DNA of 64,000 nucleotides from an uncultured candidate division Zixibacteria bacterium (GTDB lineage: Bacteria; Zixibacteria; MSB-5A5; UBA10806): assembly GCA_963817915.1 (NCBI GenBank), contig CAWFQL010000003.1, forward strand, positions 104,129 through 168,128, given 5' to 3'. The notes beneath the pieces were generated by a model. The model made no database searches. It was not told the origin of the DNA and saw only the letters and a program-made list of their open reading frames with translations. Both the position numbers and the translations under genes were made by a program. Shown here one piece after another: positions 21,422-30,311 of this stretch (position 1 is the first letter of the stretch; each line of letters opens with the position of its first letter).

Positions 21422-21601
21422 CGGCTCGTAGTCCGGCAATTCCGGATTTTCAATCCGGCAATTGCCGGGCGTGAACTGGCGGGCGTGACGGCCAAAACTT
21501 TAGGGATGGCATGCTTATTCCAACCTGCTAATATCCGGGAATACATATCGCTTCACTCGCCCAGTTCACGCCCCGACATTTCATGTCGGGACTACGAGCC
21601 G
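21422..21601. repeat. REPIN-like element, family A copy 1
   Basis: 13-bp terminal inverted repeat CGGCTCGTAGTCC/GGACTACGAGCCG, a hairpin in each arm, inner inverted repeat GGGCGTGAACTGG/CCAGTTCACGCCC. Confidence 0.8.
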
Positions 21602-21615
21602 GAGGGCCCGCGGCA

Positions 21616-21670
21616 TTTTCCTGCGAGTCACGCCTTGGCGTGACCGCATCCCGTCCTCATTTGCGGTCAG
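21616..21670 (+). repeat. Palindromic repeat, family C copy 1
   Basis: 49/55 identical to the reverse complement of 35574-35628. Confidence 0.8.
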
Positions 21671-21771
21671 TGTTAATCCGCCATTTGTTTGGCGGGCAAG
21701 TCGTGATACGCAGCAATAGTTTTCGCTGTCTATTGAGTGATAATTCATTTATTTTAGGCCGGGAGCTGATG

Positions 21772-22281
21772 ATGGAATCATTCGAAATCGAGGTCAAGCT
21801 GACTAAGGGCGATATTATTGAATATAATTTTATGCATATTCGCTGGCTGCTGCTTCTGGATATTATCGCATTTATAATACTTATTGTAGGAGTATATATT
21901 TCAATAATCTACCCGGACCGGGAAACAAGGGAGACGCTCGGCATGCTGGCATTCTGGTGGGCCGCGATCTTAGCGGTAGGGCTGTCGCAGCCCTTTGTGC
22001 TTATAATGCAGATATTGATTCTGAAAAGCCCGGCAGTCGAAAAACAGATGATGGCGCGAAGATATATTTTGGATTCAACGGGTATTCATATCAAATCCGA
22101 TGAGCGCGACGTCAATATGCCCTGGGCTAAAATAGAGATGGTCAGGGAGACACGAAAAATAGTGCTGATTTATACCAATCCCAAGCTCGCCTATATAGTG
22201 CCTAAGAGATATTTCTCATCCAAAGACGAAATGAATAGATTTATTTTATTTCTATCTTCAAAAATCGGGAAAGATAGATAA
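21772..22281 (+). CDS. YcxB-like membrane protein
   Basis: Two TM helices then GIHIKS...MPWAKI..VRET....LIY......YIVPKRYF; GGGAG RBS; the ORF-track N-terminal extension is only translated repeat DNA. Confidence 0.8.
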   Translation: MESFEIEVKLTKGDIIEYNFMHIRWLLLLDIIAFIILIVGVYISIIYPDRETRETLGMLAFWWAAILAVGLSQPFVLIMQILILKSPAVEKQMMARRYILDSTGIHIKSDERDVNMPWAKIEMVRETRKIVLIYTNPKLAYIVPKRYFSSKDEMNRFILFLSSKIGKDR

Positions 22282-22306
22282 AAAAAACCGCCTGGATAGG
22301 CGGCTT
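22279..22306 (-). terminator. Terminator between convergent genes
   Basis: Minus strand GCCGCCT-atcc-AGGCGGT followed by a T run. Confidence 0.75.
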
Positions 22307-22329
22307 AATCAATGAAATCTTTTGGCTTT

Positions 22330-22914
22330 CTAAAATACCATTCTCAATCCGGCCGAAGCTGCGATAATATCTTTATCCGCGTCCAAATTCGAGACGATCC
22401 CGATATATCGTCCTTCAACAAAACAATATAAATTACTTTTCAATTTTCCTTCGATTCCCAACCCACCGGCTAAAAATGGCACTGTATGAAGGTGCACCGA
22501 GCGCAATTCATATTGATTTGTGCCGGTTAAGAGAACTTTGCGTTTCAATTCAAGGAAGTAAGCGCCAAATCCACCTATAACATATCCGGAAAATTTCGAT
22601 GAGATATCGAGACCCCTGTATTTCTCAAAGAACCCTGCCCCAAGACCGCTATATTGATGCTTGGTGCTCATAGTATCTTCTGGAAATGTCAAATAATAGG
22701 TCGATTTCCATTTTTCAAATTCAAGCTGCGTCACGAATTTCGAATCCGGAAGACCAAAATTGGCAGTAATTCCGCCGCCATAAGCAGTCGAATAGCCGCT
22801 TCCAGGGGATGCTACAATTGCCTTAACGCCCAGTCCAAAATGCCAGTATTCAGCTCCGGCGGCAACACCTGATACTAATAGCAAAACCGCGCATATTCCG
22901 AAGATTTTCCTCAT
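22330..22914 (-). CDS. Small outer-membrane beta-barrel protein
   Basis: Signal peptide, amphipathic Gly/aromatic strands, C-terminal GLRMVF. Confidence 0.75.
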   Translation of the reverse strand: MRKIFGICAVLLLVSGVAAGAEYWHFGLGVKAIVASPGSGYSTAYGGGITANFGLPDSKFVTQLEFEKWKSTYYLTFPEDTMSTKHQYSGLGAGFFEKYRGLDISSKFSGYVIGGFGAYFLELKRKVLLTGTNQYELRSVHLHTVPFLAGGLGIEGKLKSNLYCFVEGRYIGIVSNLDADKDIIAASAGLRMVF

Positions 22915-23068
22915 CTAAATTTCTCCTTTTGCCACAAGTATTATCATTTCAACGGCGACTAATATAATCGATGCTTTATAAAAGGGCAAGAAGCTATATG
23001 ATTCTTTTAAAGAATTATTGGAAATCGATTAATATGAAATATTAGGAATTGGGATCAAGAATTATGAT

Positions 23069-23800
23069 TTATTTCCGTTTAAGCTTGTCCATTCGAAATA
23101 GCTTTTTCAAGAATAGTCTCCAGACTCCGAAGACAGCTTCAATGACTATTCTCTTTGACATTTTGGACGATCCGGCGCGCCTGTCAATGAATAAAATCGG
23201 AATTTCCTTTAATCTAAATCCGGCTCTCCAGACATAGAAATTCATCTCGATCTGGAAGCCGTAACCATTGGATTTAATTCGTTTGAGGTCCAGCCATTCA
23301 AGGACTTCACGCCGGAAGCATTTGAAACCGCCGGTGGGATCATTTACCGGCATACCGGTAATAAATCTGACATAAATCGACGCGAAATATGAGAGCATCA
23401 AACGGGATAATGGCCAATTCACTATCGAAATACCGTTGCTGTACCGTGAACCGATAACAAGATCATTATCCTGAATCGTCTTACGAAAATCAGCGATATA
23501 TTTGGGGTCATGCGAGAAATCAGCGTCCATTTCCATAAAATATCCGATTTGCGGCAGCTTTAGACCGAATGTAAATCCATCGACATAGGCGGTTCCCAAT
23601 CCGAGCTTGCCGGGCCGTTTCAGGATGTGGATACGAGGATTGGTTTTGATCAATGATTCTACGATAGCTGCCGTACCATCGGGAGAATTGTCATCGATAA
23701 TAAGAATTTCGATATCATCTCCCTGGGAAAGAACAGAGGAAATGATATTATTGATGTTTTCTTTCTCATTGTAAGTTGGAATGCACACTAAGATATTCAT
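23069..23800 (-). CDS. Polyprenol-phosphate mannose synthase (DPM1-like GT2)
   Basis: IPTYNE, DDNSPDGT, GLGTAY, MDADFSH, GSRY, D.TGGFK; start overlaps the upstream stop (ATGA). Confidence 0.9.
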   Translation of the reverse strand: MNILVCIPTYNEKENINNIISSVLSQGDDIEILIIDDNSPDGTAAIVESLIKTNPRIHILKRPGKLGLGTAYVDGFTFGLKLPQIGYFMEMDADFSHDPKYIADFRKTIQDNDLVIGSRYSNGISIVNWPLSRLMLSYFASIYVRFITGMPVNDPTGGFKCFRREVLEWLDLKRIKSNGYGFQIEMNFYVWRAGFRLKEIPILFIDRRAGSSKMSKRIVIEAVFGVWRLFLKKLFRMDKLKRK

Positions 23801-24765
23801 CGTACCCTCGAAGATAAAAGATAGCATATACCGCCTATTAAAAGCAAGCTCCAGTAACTGATTAAACGATCACTGATAGTAATAGCTCCTGCAATATCTG
23901 GGGAAATTTTGACCGTCGTCAAAATCTTGAGCATCAGGAGTTCGACCAAGCCCAGGCCGGCTGGCGAAAGCGGAATGGACATCAGTATCAGCGAGGCCTG
24001 AGAAATAAAAATCGCGACTAAGAATCCGGCATTGATATCGAACGCCAAAAATACGAAATAAAGCCTCAGCGCCTCGGTCATCCAGATCGCCAGCGTCATT
24101 AAAACTATCAGGGGGAAAAGGGATGGAGATTTGAATAGTCCTGTTTTGAACGATACCAATTTACCTTTCCATTTTTCGGGTACTAATTTGATAATTTGCG
24201 GCATCGCGAAAATGGTGGCCGCGAATACCAAGATTATTAATCCGATGACAATTAGCCCATAAGTCAGGTAGTTGGCCTCGCTGGTTCCGCTGATAAGAGA
24301 CCAAAAGTATGTGCCTGAAAATACTACCAATATCGCGGCAATCGCCAGATCGAAAACCCGTTCCGAGAACAGCACGCCGAACGATAATGATAGCGGCACT
24401 TCCTTGTTCTTTTTGAGCAGATACGCGCGATAAATATCGCCGATACGCGCCGGCAAGACAGCATTGGCGAACCATGACAGAAAATAATAATGAGACAATG
24501 GGTAGTACCCGATTTTGTGCCCGGCAGGTTTGAGCAGGACACCCCATCGTCCTCCCCTGAGCGGTAATGAGATATAAAAAACCAGTATGGAAAGAATGAA
24601 ATATGGCCACTTGGCTTTTGATAATGATTTCAAAGCCGTAGAGAGATCGAAATTTTTCAGGAAAATATAAATGACGATCGCGGCGACCGCGAAACCGAGA
24701 AGAGTTCGAATGCTGAGCAGGTTTTCTTTTAGTCCGACTTTTTTATTTTCGATCTTTTCAGCCAA
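23797..24765 (-). CDS. Flippase-like protein with lysylphosphatidylglycerol synthase TM domain (UPF0104)
   Basis: RW..LL, N.VLPARIGD..R, ERVFD, P.SPAGLG..E, DRLISYW. Confidence 0.85.
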   Translation of the reverse strand: MAEKIENKKVGLKENLLSIRTLLGFAVAAIVIYIFLKNFDLSTALKSLSKAKWPYFILSILVFYISLPLRGGRWGVLLKPAGHKIGYYPLSHYYFLSWFANAVLPARIGDIYRAYLLKKNKEVPLSLSFGVLFSERVFDLAIAAILVVFSGTYFWSLISGTSEANYLTYGLIVIGLIILVFAATIFAMPQIIKLVPEKWKGKLVSFKTGLFKSPSLFPLIVLMTLAIWMTEALRLYFVFLAFDINAGFLVAIFISQASLILMSIPLSPAGLGLVELLMLKILTTVKISPDIAGAITISDRLISYWSLLLIGGICYLLSSRVR

Positions 24766-24862
24766 TAATTCCCCTGGATTAAAAAAGCTTAATATATATG
24801 GATGCTTTCATTATGGCAATTGATATTGCCTTTTATGACATGGAAAAGTATCTTGCAAATCT

Positions 24863-25648
24863 ATGAGAAGTTTCAAGTATTTCCTTTTGGATATCGAAGG
24901 CACTATTGTGCTCGACAAGCTTTATGCTCCGGTTCCAGGCGCGGTCAAATGGTACAATTCCCTTATTCATAAGGGTATCAGCGCGCATCTGGTGACAAAT
25001 AATACGACCGAATCCCCCGATGATTTGTATAGTATACTCCGCAAAAAAGGGTTCGTTTTCGCAAAAAATGATTTTTTCACATGTCTGACCGAGGCAGTTG
25101 TCAGAATGAAAAAACAAAATGTGAAAAGCTGTCTGACATTGGCAAAGCCTGCTGTCGGGAAATATCTCTTAAGCGAGGGTATCAAACCGAAAAAATCATT
25201 CGACGTCGACTCGGTGCTGGTTGGGTATGATCCAACATTAACATATCAAAAACTCAATTTGGCGGTGAAGGCGATAATTGATAATGGAGCGATTCTGTAT
25301 ACCCTTCACCGAAATCGCCGTTTCATGAATGAGAAACGAGAGATCGCCATGTCATCGGGCCCGATCGCGGCGGCATTGGAGAATGCCTGCATGGTGAAGG
25401 CGGTAGTCTGTGGCAAGCCGGACAGACATTTCTTTTTGGACAGCGTCAAAAGCTGGAATGTATCGCCTAATAAAATCCTGATGGTATCGGATGACCCATT
25501 CGCGGATCTGATCGGAGCTAAGAAGATCGGGATGAAAACATGCTGGGTCCTGACCGGTTCACAAAAAGACAGTTTGGCAGTGAAAAAAATTAAGAAGGAA
25601 TATCGTCCTGATTATATTTTCGAAAGCGTTGTTGATATTCCGATATGA
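24863..25648 (+). CDS. HAD-IIA (NagD-like) hydrolase
   Basis: LLDIEGT, VTNNT, CGKP, MVSDD...DLIGA. Confidence 0.85.
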   Translation: MRSFKYFLLDIEGTIVLDKLYAPVPGAVKWYNSLIHKGISAHLVTNNTTESPDDLYSILRKKGFVFAKNDFFTCLTEAVVRMKKQNVKSCLTLAKPAVGKYLLSEGIKPKKSFDVDSVLVGYDPTLTYQKLNLAVKAIIDNGAILYTLHRNRRFMNEKREIAMSSGPIAAALENACMVKAVVCGKPDRHFFLDSVKSWNVSPNKILMVSDDPFADLIGAKKIGMKTCWVLTGSQKDSLAVKKIKKEYRPDYIFESVVDIPI

Positions 25649-25715
25649 TAGCGATAACTATATTTAGAAACCATTTCATTTATTAGCATTTAATGGATAT
25701 ATTGAGGTTAGAGAT

Positions 25716-26807
25716 ATGCTGCAATTAGGAATCATAGGACTGCCATTATCGGGTAAGACATCGGTCTTCAACGCTCTCACCGGCTCGACCGCCGCGGTCG
25801 GCGACTATTCGACATCGAAGGGAGCCAATCTTGCTATCGTGAAAGTCCCCGATAAACGGATAGACAGGCTGGTCGAAATATTCAGCCCGAAAAAAATCAC
25901 GAAGGCCGAAATCGAATATATCGATATAGCGGGTTTAACTAAGGACGCTTCGTCAGACAAAAAGAAAGAAGCGGCCTACGCGCAATCGATCCGCCAAACC
26001 GACGCACTACTTCATGTCGTGCGATGCTTTGAAAACCCCAATGTACCCCATCCCGATGGCACAGTGGATCCCAAACGAGATATTGCCGAAGTCGATTCTG
26101 AGCTAATATTGGCCGACATGGTGATGATCGAAAGCAGGGTTGCCAAGCTTGCTCATAACATCAAAGTTACCCACAAGCCGCAGGATGAAACCGAACTTGC
26201 GATTTTACAGAAATGCCAGAAGACATTGGAGGATGAAAAGCCGCTTCGAGTACTGCAATTGACCGACGATGAAAGAAAGGCAATTGGCGGATTCCGTTTC
26301 CTGACAGAAAAGCCAATGCTTTATATTTTGAATCTCGGCGAGGATCAATTGCCTCAATGGGAAAAATGGGAGAGCGACTTTTCCAATCTCACCAAGAACG
26401 CCAATTCATCATTGGCACATATCTGCGCGCCAATACAAATGGATATCGCTGGTCTTGATGATAGCGAGCAAGCCGATTTTATGAAGGAGCTGGGAATAGC
26501 GGAATTGGCATCGGATACGATAATCAGGAAATCATTCGATCTTTTGGGCATGATAACCTTTCTGACCGGCGGCGAGCCCGAGGTTCATTCATGGCCGATA
26601 CGCCGGGGGATCAACGCTCAAAAGGCAGCCGGCGAAATCCACAGCGATCTCGAACGGGGCTTTATCAGGGCGGAGGTTGTCTCGTACGCCGACTTGGATC
26701 GGCTCGGCAGCTGGACCAAGGCCAAGGAAGAGGGGAAGCTTCATCTCCACGGCAAAGACTACATCATGCAAGATGGGGATGTTGTCCTCATTAGGTTTAA
26801 TGTGTAA
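25716..26807 (+). CDS. ychF: Redox-regulated ATPase YchF
   Basis: GIIGLP.SGKT, DIAGL, HVVRCF, AAGEIHSD.ERGFIRAE, GKDYIMQDGDV..IRFNV. Confidence 0.95.
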   Translation: MLQLGIIGLPLSGKTSVFNALTGSTAAVGDYSTSKGANLAIVKVPDKRIDRLVEIFSPKKITKAEIEYIDIAGLTKDASSDKKKEAAYAQSIRQTDALLHVVRCFENPNVPHPDGTVDPKRDIAEVDSELILADMVMIESRVAKLAHNIKVTHKPQDETELAILQKCQKTLEDEKPLRVLQLTDDERKAIGGFRFLTEKPMLYILNLGEDQLPQWEKWESDFSNLTKNANSSLAHICAPIQMDIAGLDDSEQADFMKELGIAELASDTIIRKSFDLLGMITFLTGGEPEVHSWPIRRGINAQKAAGEIHSDLERGFIRAEVVSYADLDRLGSWTKAKEEGKLHLHGKDYIMQDGDVVLIRFNV

Positions 26808-26962
26808 TTACAGCGATTTAAAGCACTTCTAATCTGAATTTAGATTGCACACTATCGATTTAGCTTATATATAAAAATAGCGGTTTTTTTATTGTCGGAA
26901 GCGCATTTGAGGACTTCTTTGCCGATAATAAAAAAGAGTTTACCGTCGATGGGAGATTGTTC

Positions 26963-27268
26963 ATGTTCCAGGAAGGGAAGATAAAATTCAGGACATTCAG
27001 CCTCGAAATAAAAAAGAGGCCGATTCCCAATAGCTACCTCGTGATATTCGGCGGAGGAACCGATATTGATTCTAAAGGCTGGGAATCATCGAGCGGCGAT
27101 CGCAAAAAATTCGAGGAAGATTTCAAATTCATGTGGAACCCATTCGACGCGCCCTCGAATAAAAAAGGGGAATATGTAATCAAAATTTCCTCCGATGAAA
27201 AGCTCGACAAATTTCAAAAATGGATTCAAAGCCAGGTCAAACAATACGGGGGTATTGTAGAAGATTGA
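26963..27268 (+). CDS. Hypothetical protein upstream of lon
   Basis: GGGAG RBS; protein-like composition; fills the ychF-lon gap. Confidence 0.7.
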   Translation: MFQEGKIKFRTFSLEIKKRPIPNSYLVIFGGGTDIDSKGWESSSGDRKKFEEDFKFMWNPFDAPSNKKGEYVIKISSDEKLDKFQKWIQSQVKQYGGIVED

Positions 27269-27329
27269 AAACTATGCTATTATATTACGGCGTGTGTGAT
27301 TGATGTGAAAATAGTTTCCGGGAGGAATA

Positions 27330-29777
27330 TTGGCGGACAATAATATTAAGGACGAAGCGCAAAGCCCACCTGAGATCGATACCGAAAAAATTACCAAAGC
27401 GGAATTAGCGATATTGCCCATAAAATCGGCCGTGGTATTTCCATCACTGGTGATGCCATTGATGATATCCGAGCCGAAATATGCCAAGCTCATCGATGAT
27501 GCCCTAATGGCCGGCGACCCGATCGTTTTGATAACTCAAAAAGACCCGGAAGATGATTTTCCTCCACCCGAGAAACTTTACGAAGTCGGAACGGTCGGCG
27601 CTATCCTGAAAATGCTGAGATTCCCGGACGGTTCGGTTCGATTCTTGGTTCAGGGATTGCAGAGGGTAAAGATCAAGAACTATACGGCGACCGAGCCATA
27701 TTTAAAGGGCAAGGTCGAGGCTGTCGAGGAGACCGCTTCGCAGACTGTCGAAACCGAAGCCCAGATGCGGAACATACTCGAGCAATTGAAAAAAGTAATT
27801 CAATTAGCCCCTTATCTGCCGGACGATCTACAGGTTTCCGCGATGAACACCGAAGACCCATCGAAACTATCCGATTTGATCGCCTCGAATTTGAATATCA
27901 GCACAACCCAGAAGCAGGAAATACTCGAGATATTCAATGTCAACGAACGACTCAAAAAACTGACTTTCCTTATTACCAAGGAAATCGAGGTTTTGGAGAT
28001 GTCGAAAAAGATTCAATCCGAGGCCGCCAGTGAGATGGGAAAATCGCAAAGAGAATATATTCTGCGCGAGCAGTTGAAGGCTATTCAAAAAGAGCTTGGC
28101 GAGACCGATGACCGCACGATGGATTTGGAGGAATTCAAATCGAAAATCGAGGCCGCCAAAATGCCGGTTGAGGCGAAAGAAGTTGCCGAAAAGGAATTGG
28201 ACAGGCTTTCGAAAATGAATCCATCGGCGGCGGAATACACTGTCAGCCGCACTTATCTCGACTGGCTGGTAGCGTTGCCGTGGTCGGTTTCCACTGAGGA
28301 TGTTCTCGATATCAAAAAAGCGCAGGAGATACTCGACGAGGATCATTACGATTTAGAAAAGGTCAAAGAGAGAATATTGGAATATCTCGCCGTTCGCAAA
28401 TTGAAATCAGATTTAAAGGGCCCGATACTTTGCTTCCTCGGCCCTCCCGGAGTGGGCAAGACATCGTTGGGCCGTTCGATCGCGCGCGCCATGGGACGGA
28501 AATTTCACAGGATATCATTGGGTGGTGTGCGCGATGAAGCCGAGATCAGGGGTCATCGCAGGACATATATCGGGGCTCTTCCGGGCAGAGTGATTCAGGG
28601 TCTGCGCAAATCTGGGTCGAACAATCCGATATTCATGCTCGATGAAATCGATAAAATCGGGCAGGATTTCCGGGGCGATCCGTCATCGGCGCTTCTGGAA
28701 GTACTCGATCCCGAACAGAATTTCAGCTTCAGCGATCACTACCTTGATGTCGTTTTCGATCTTTCGAAGGTGATGTTTATCACCACTGCCAATATGCTGG
28801 AGACAATTCCGCCGGTATTGCTCGATCGAATGGAAGTAATAACATTGACGGGCTATACCGATATGGAAAAACTGGCGATCACCAAGAAATATTTGATTCC
28901 ACGAAATTTAGAAGATCATGGTTTGAGCGCCCATCATATTTCGATCTCCGATGCGGCGATCAAGAAAGCTATTTCCGATTATACGAGGGAATCCGGCCTG
29001 CGCAATCTCAACCGCGAAATTGGATCAATCTGCCGTAAGGTGGCGCGCAAAATAGCGGCAGGTGAAATCAGCGATATCAAAATTGACCCTGAGAAGGTCA
29101 GAGAATTTTTGGGGCCGGAACGATTCTTCCAGGAGGTCACCGATAGGATGTCTCATGTGGGAGTGGTGCCGGCGTTGGCCTGGACATCATCCGGAGGAGA
29201 TATTCTTTTCGTGGAAGCATCGAAGATGCCGGGGAAAAAAGGACTAATATTAACCGGACAGCTTGGCGATGTCATGAAGGAATCGATAAGGGCGGCGTTA
29301 TCATATCTGCAATCGCATCAAAAGGAATTGGGGATTCCCAATTCCGAATTCGAAACACATGATTTTCATGTGCATGTGCCGGCGGGCGCAACTCCGAAGG
29401 ACGGACCATCGGCGGGGATTACCATGTGCACGGCGTTGGCATCGGTGCTTCTTAATAGGCCGGTGACTCCGAATCTTGCCATGACCGGCGAAATAACTTT
29501 GCGGGGCGATGTCCTGCCGATAGGCGGGATCAAGCAAAAAGCGTTGGCGGCGTACAGGGCCGGGATTAAGAAGGTAATTATTCCCAAGAGAAATTTGAGC
29601 GATCTCGAAGAAGTGCCATTGGAGATCAAGAACAAAGTCGAATTTATTCCAGTGGAAAAAGTGCGCGATGTCTTATGGCACGCATTGGGGATAAAAATGG
29701 GCGCGACACGATTAGTAAAACCCAGTCAGCCTAAAAAGGTCAACAAGACTGCAAAGAAGAAAGCTCGAAAGAGATAA
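27330..29777 (+). CDS. lon: ATP-dependent protease La
   Basis: GPPGVGKTS, RGHRRTYIGA, DEIDK, PKDGPSAG, TGEI; GGAGG RBS with TTG start. Confidence 0.97.
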   Translation: MADNNIKDEAQSPPEIDTEKITKAELAILPIKSAVVFPSLVMPLMISEPKYAKLIDDALMAGDPIVLITQKDPEDDFPPPEKLYEVGTVGAILKMLRFPDGSVRFLVQGLQRVKIKNYTATEPYLKGKVEAVEETASQTVETEAQMRNILEQLKKVIQLAPYLPDDLQVSAMNTEDPSKLSDLIASNLNISTTQKQEILEIFNVNERLKKLTFLITKEIEVLEMSKKIQSEAASEMGKSQREYILREQLKAIQKELGETDDRTMDLEEFKSKIEAAKMPVEAKEVAEKELDRLSKMNPSAAEYTVSRTYLDWLVALPWSVSTEDVLDIKKAQEILDEDHYDLEKVKERILEYLAVRKLKSDLKGPILCFLGPPGVGKTSLGRSIARAMGRKFHRISLGGVRDEAEIRGHRRTYIGALPGRVIQGLRKSGSNNPIFMLDEIDKIGQDFRGDPSSALLEVLDPEQNFSFSDHYLDVVFDLSKVMFITTANMLETIPPVLLDRMEVITLTGYTDMEKLAITKKYLIPRNLEDHGLSAHHISISDAAIKKAISDYTRESGLRNLNREIGSICRKVARKIAAGEISDIKIDPEKVREFLGPERFFQEVTDRMSHVGVVPALAWTSSGGDILFVEASKMPGKKGLILTGQLGDVMKESIRAALSYLQSHQKELGIPNSEFETHDFHVHVPAGATPKDGPSAGITMCTALASVLLNRPVTPNLAMTGEITLRGDVLPIGGIKQKALAAYRAGIKKVIIPKRNLSDLEEVPLEIKNKVEFIPVEKVRDVLWHALGIKMGATRLVKPSQPKKVNKTAKKKARKR

Positions 29778-29804
29778 AATCGAAATTGAGATAATTTGAT
29801 ATGA

Positions 29805-29830
29805 CGGGCGGAGGAATACTTCGCCCTTTG
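29805..29830 (+). terminator. Probable terminator of lon
   Basis: GGGCGGAG-gaata-CTTCGCCC followed by T-rich sequence. Confidence 0.6.
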
Positions 29831-29918
29831 TATTTGTGGATTTTTTTATTTCAGGTTTTCGTTTATTTCATCCAATTCATTCAATTTTGAAATTTCGAAA
29901 GTCATTGCATTAATCATT

Positions 29919-30235
29919 CGCGCCACATTAAGACCGCCATCAGGCGGTTAAAATGTGGCGCTGGATCCCAGGATCCAAATCGTCACATCGTCCGGCTGTC
30001 GCCGGACCAGAAAGCGGGGCCCCCGACCTTCCACTTATAGGGGGTTATCAAAACAAATGCTGATTGAACATGTTTTTGAAAATTGCTGTCGGGTTTCTCA
30101 CTCGCTACGCTCGTTCGGAACCGCGACCTACGGCTACGCCTAAATGCCACAATAGAAGATGTCAATTGGGGGCAGTCAAGGATGACTGCCACCCAAGAAC
30201 GAAGAAATCGCGATCGCAGTAAACTGCGAACGCAA
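29919..30235. repeat. Cluster of REP-like hairpins, including family D units
   Basis: Hairpin GCGCCACATT...AATGTGGCGC; ATCGTCCGGC..GCCGGAC shared with 40935-40956; 30088-30131 reads GTAG-GTCG...CCCGAC on the minus strand; GGCAGTCA-agga-TGACTGCC. Confidence 0.65.
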
Positions 30236-30311
30236 TTAAATGGATTAAGAAGAGTATTTAATATTCCGTTACCGCTTGACAGTGATTGTCAAAATTGATT
30301 TTATGTTATCC

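Noticed and set aside
21583..21771. Shared peptide FSCESRL.VTASR at the N-termini of the ycxB-like and lepA ORFs
   Set aside because: It is translated family C repeat DNA upstream of the true starts, not a protein domain.
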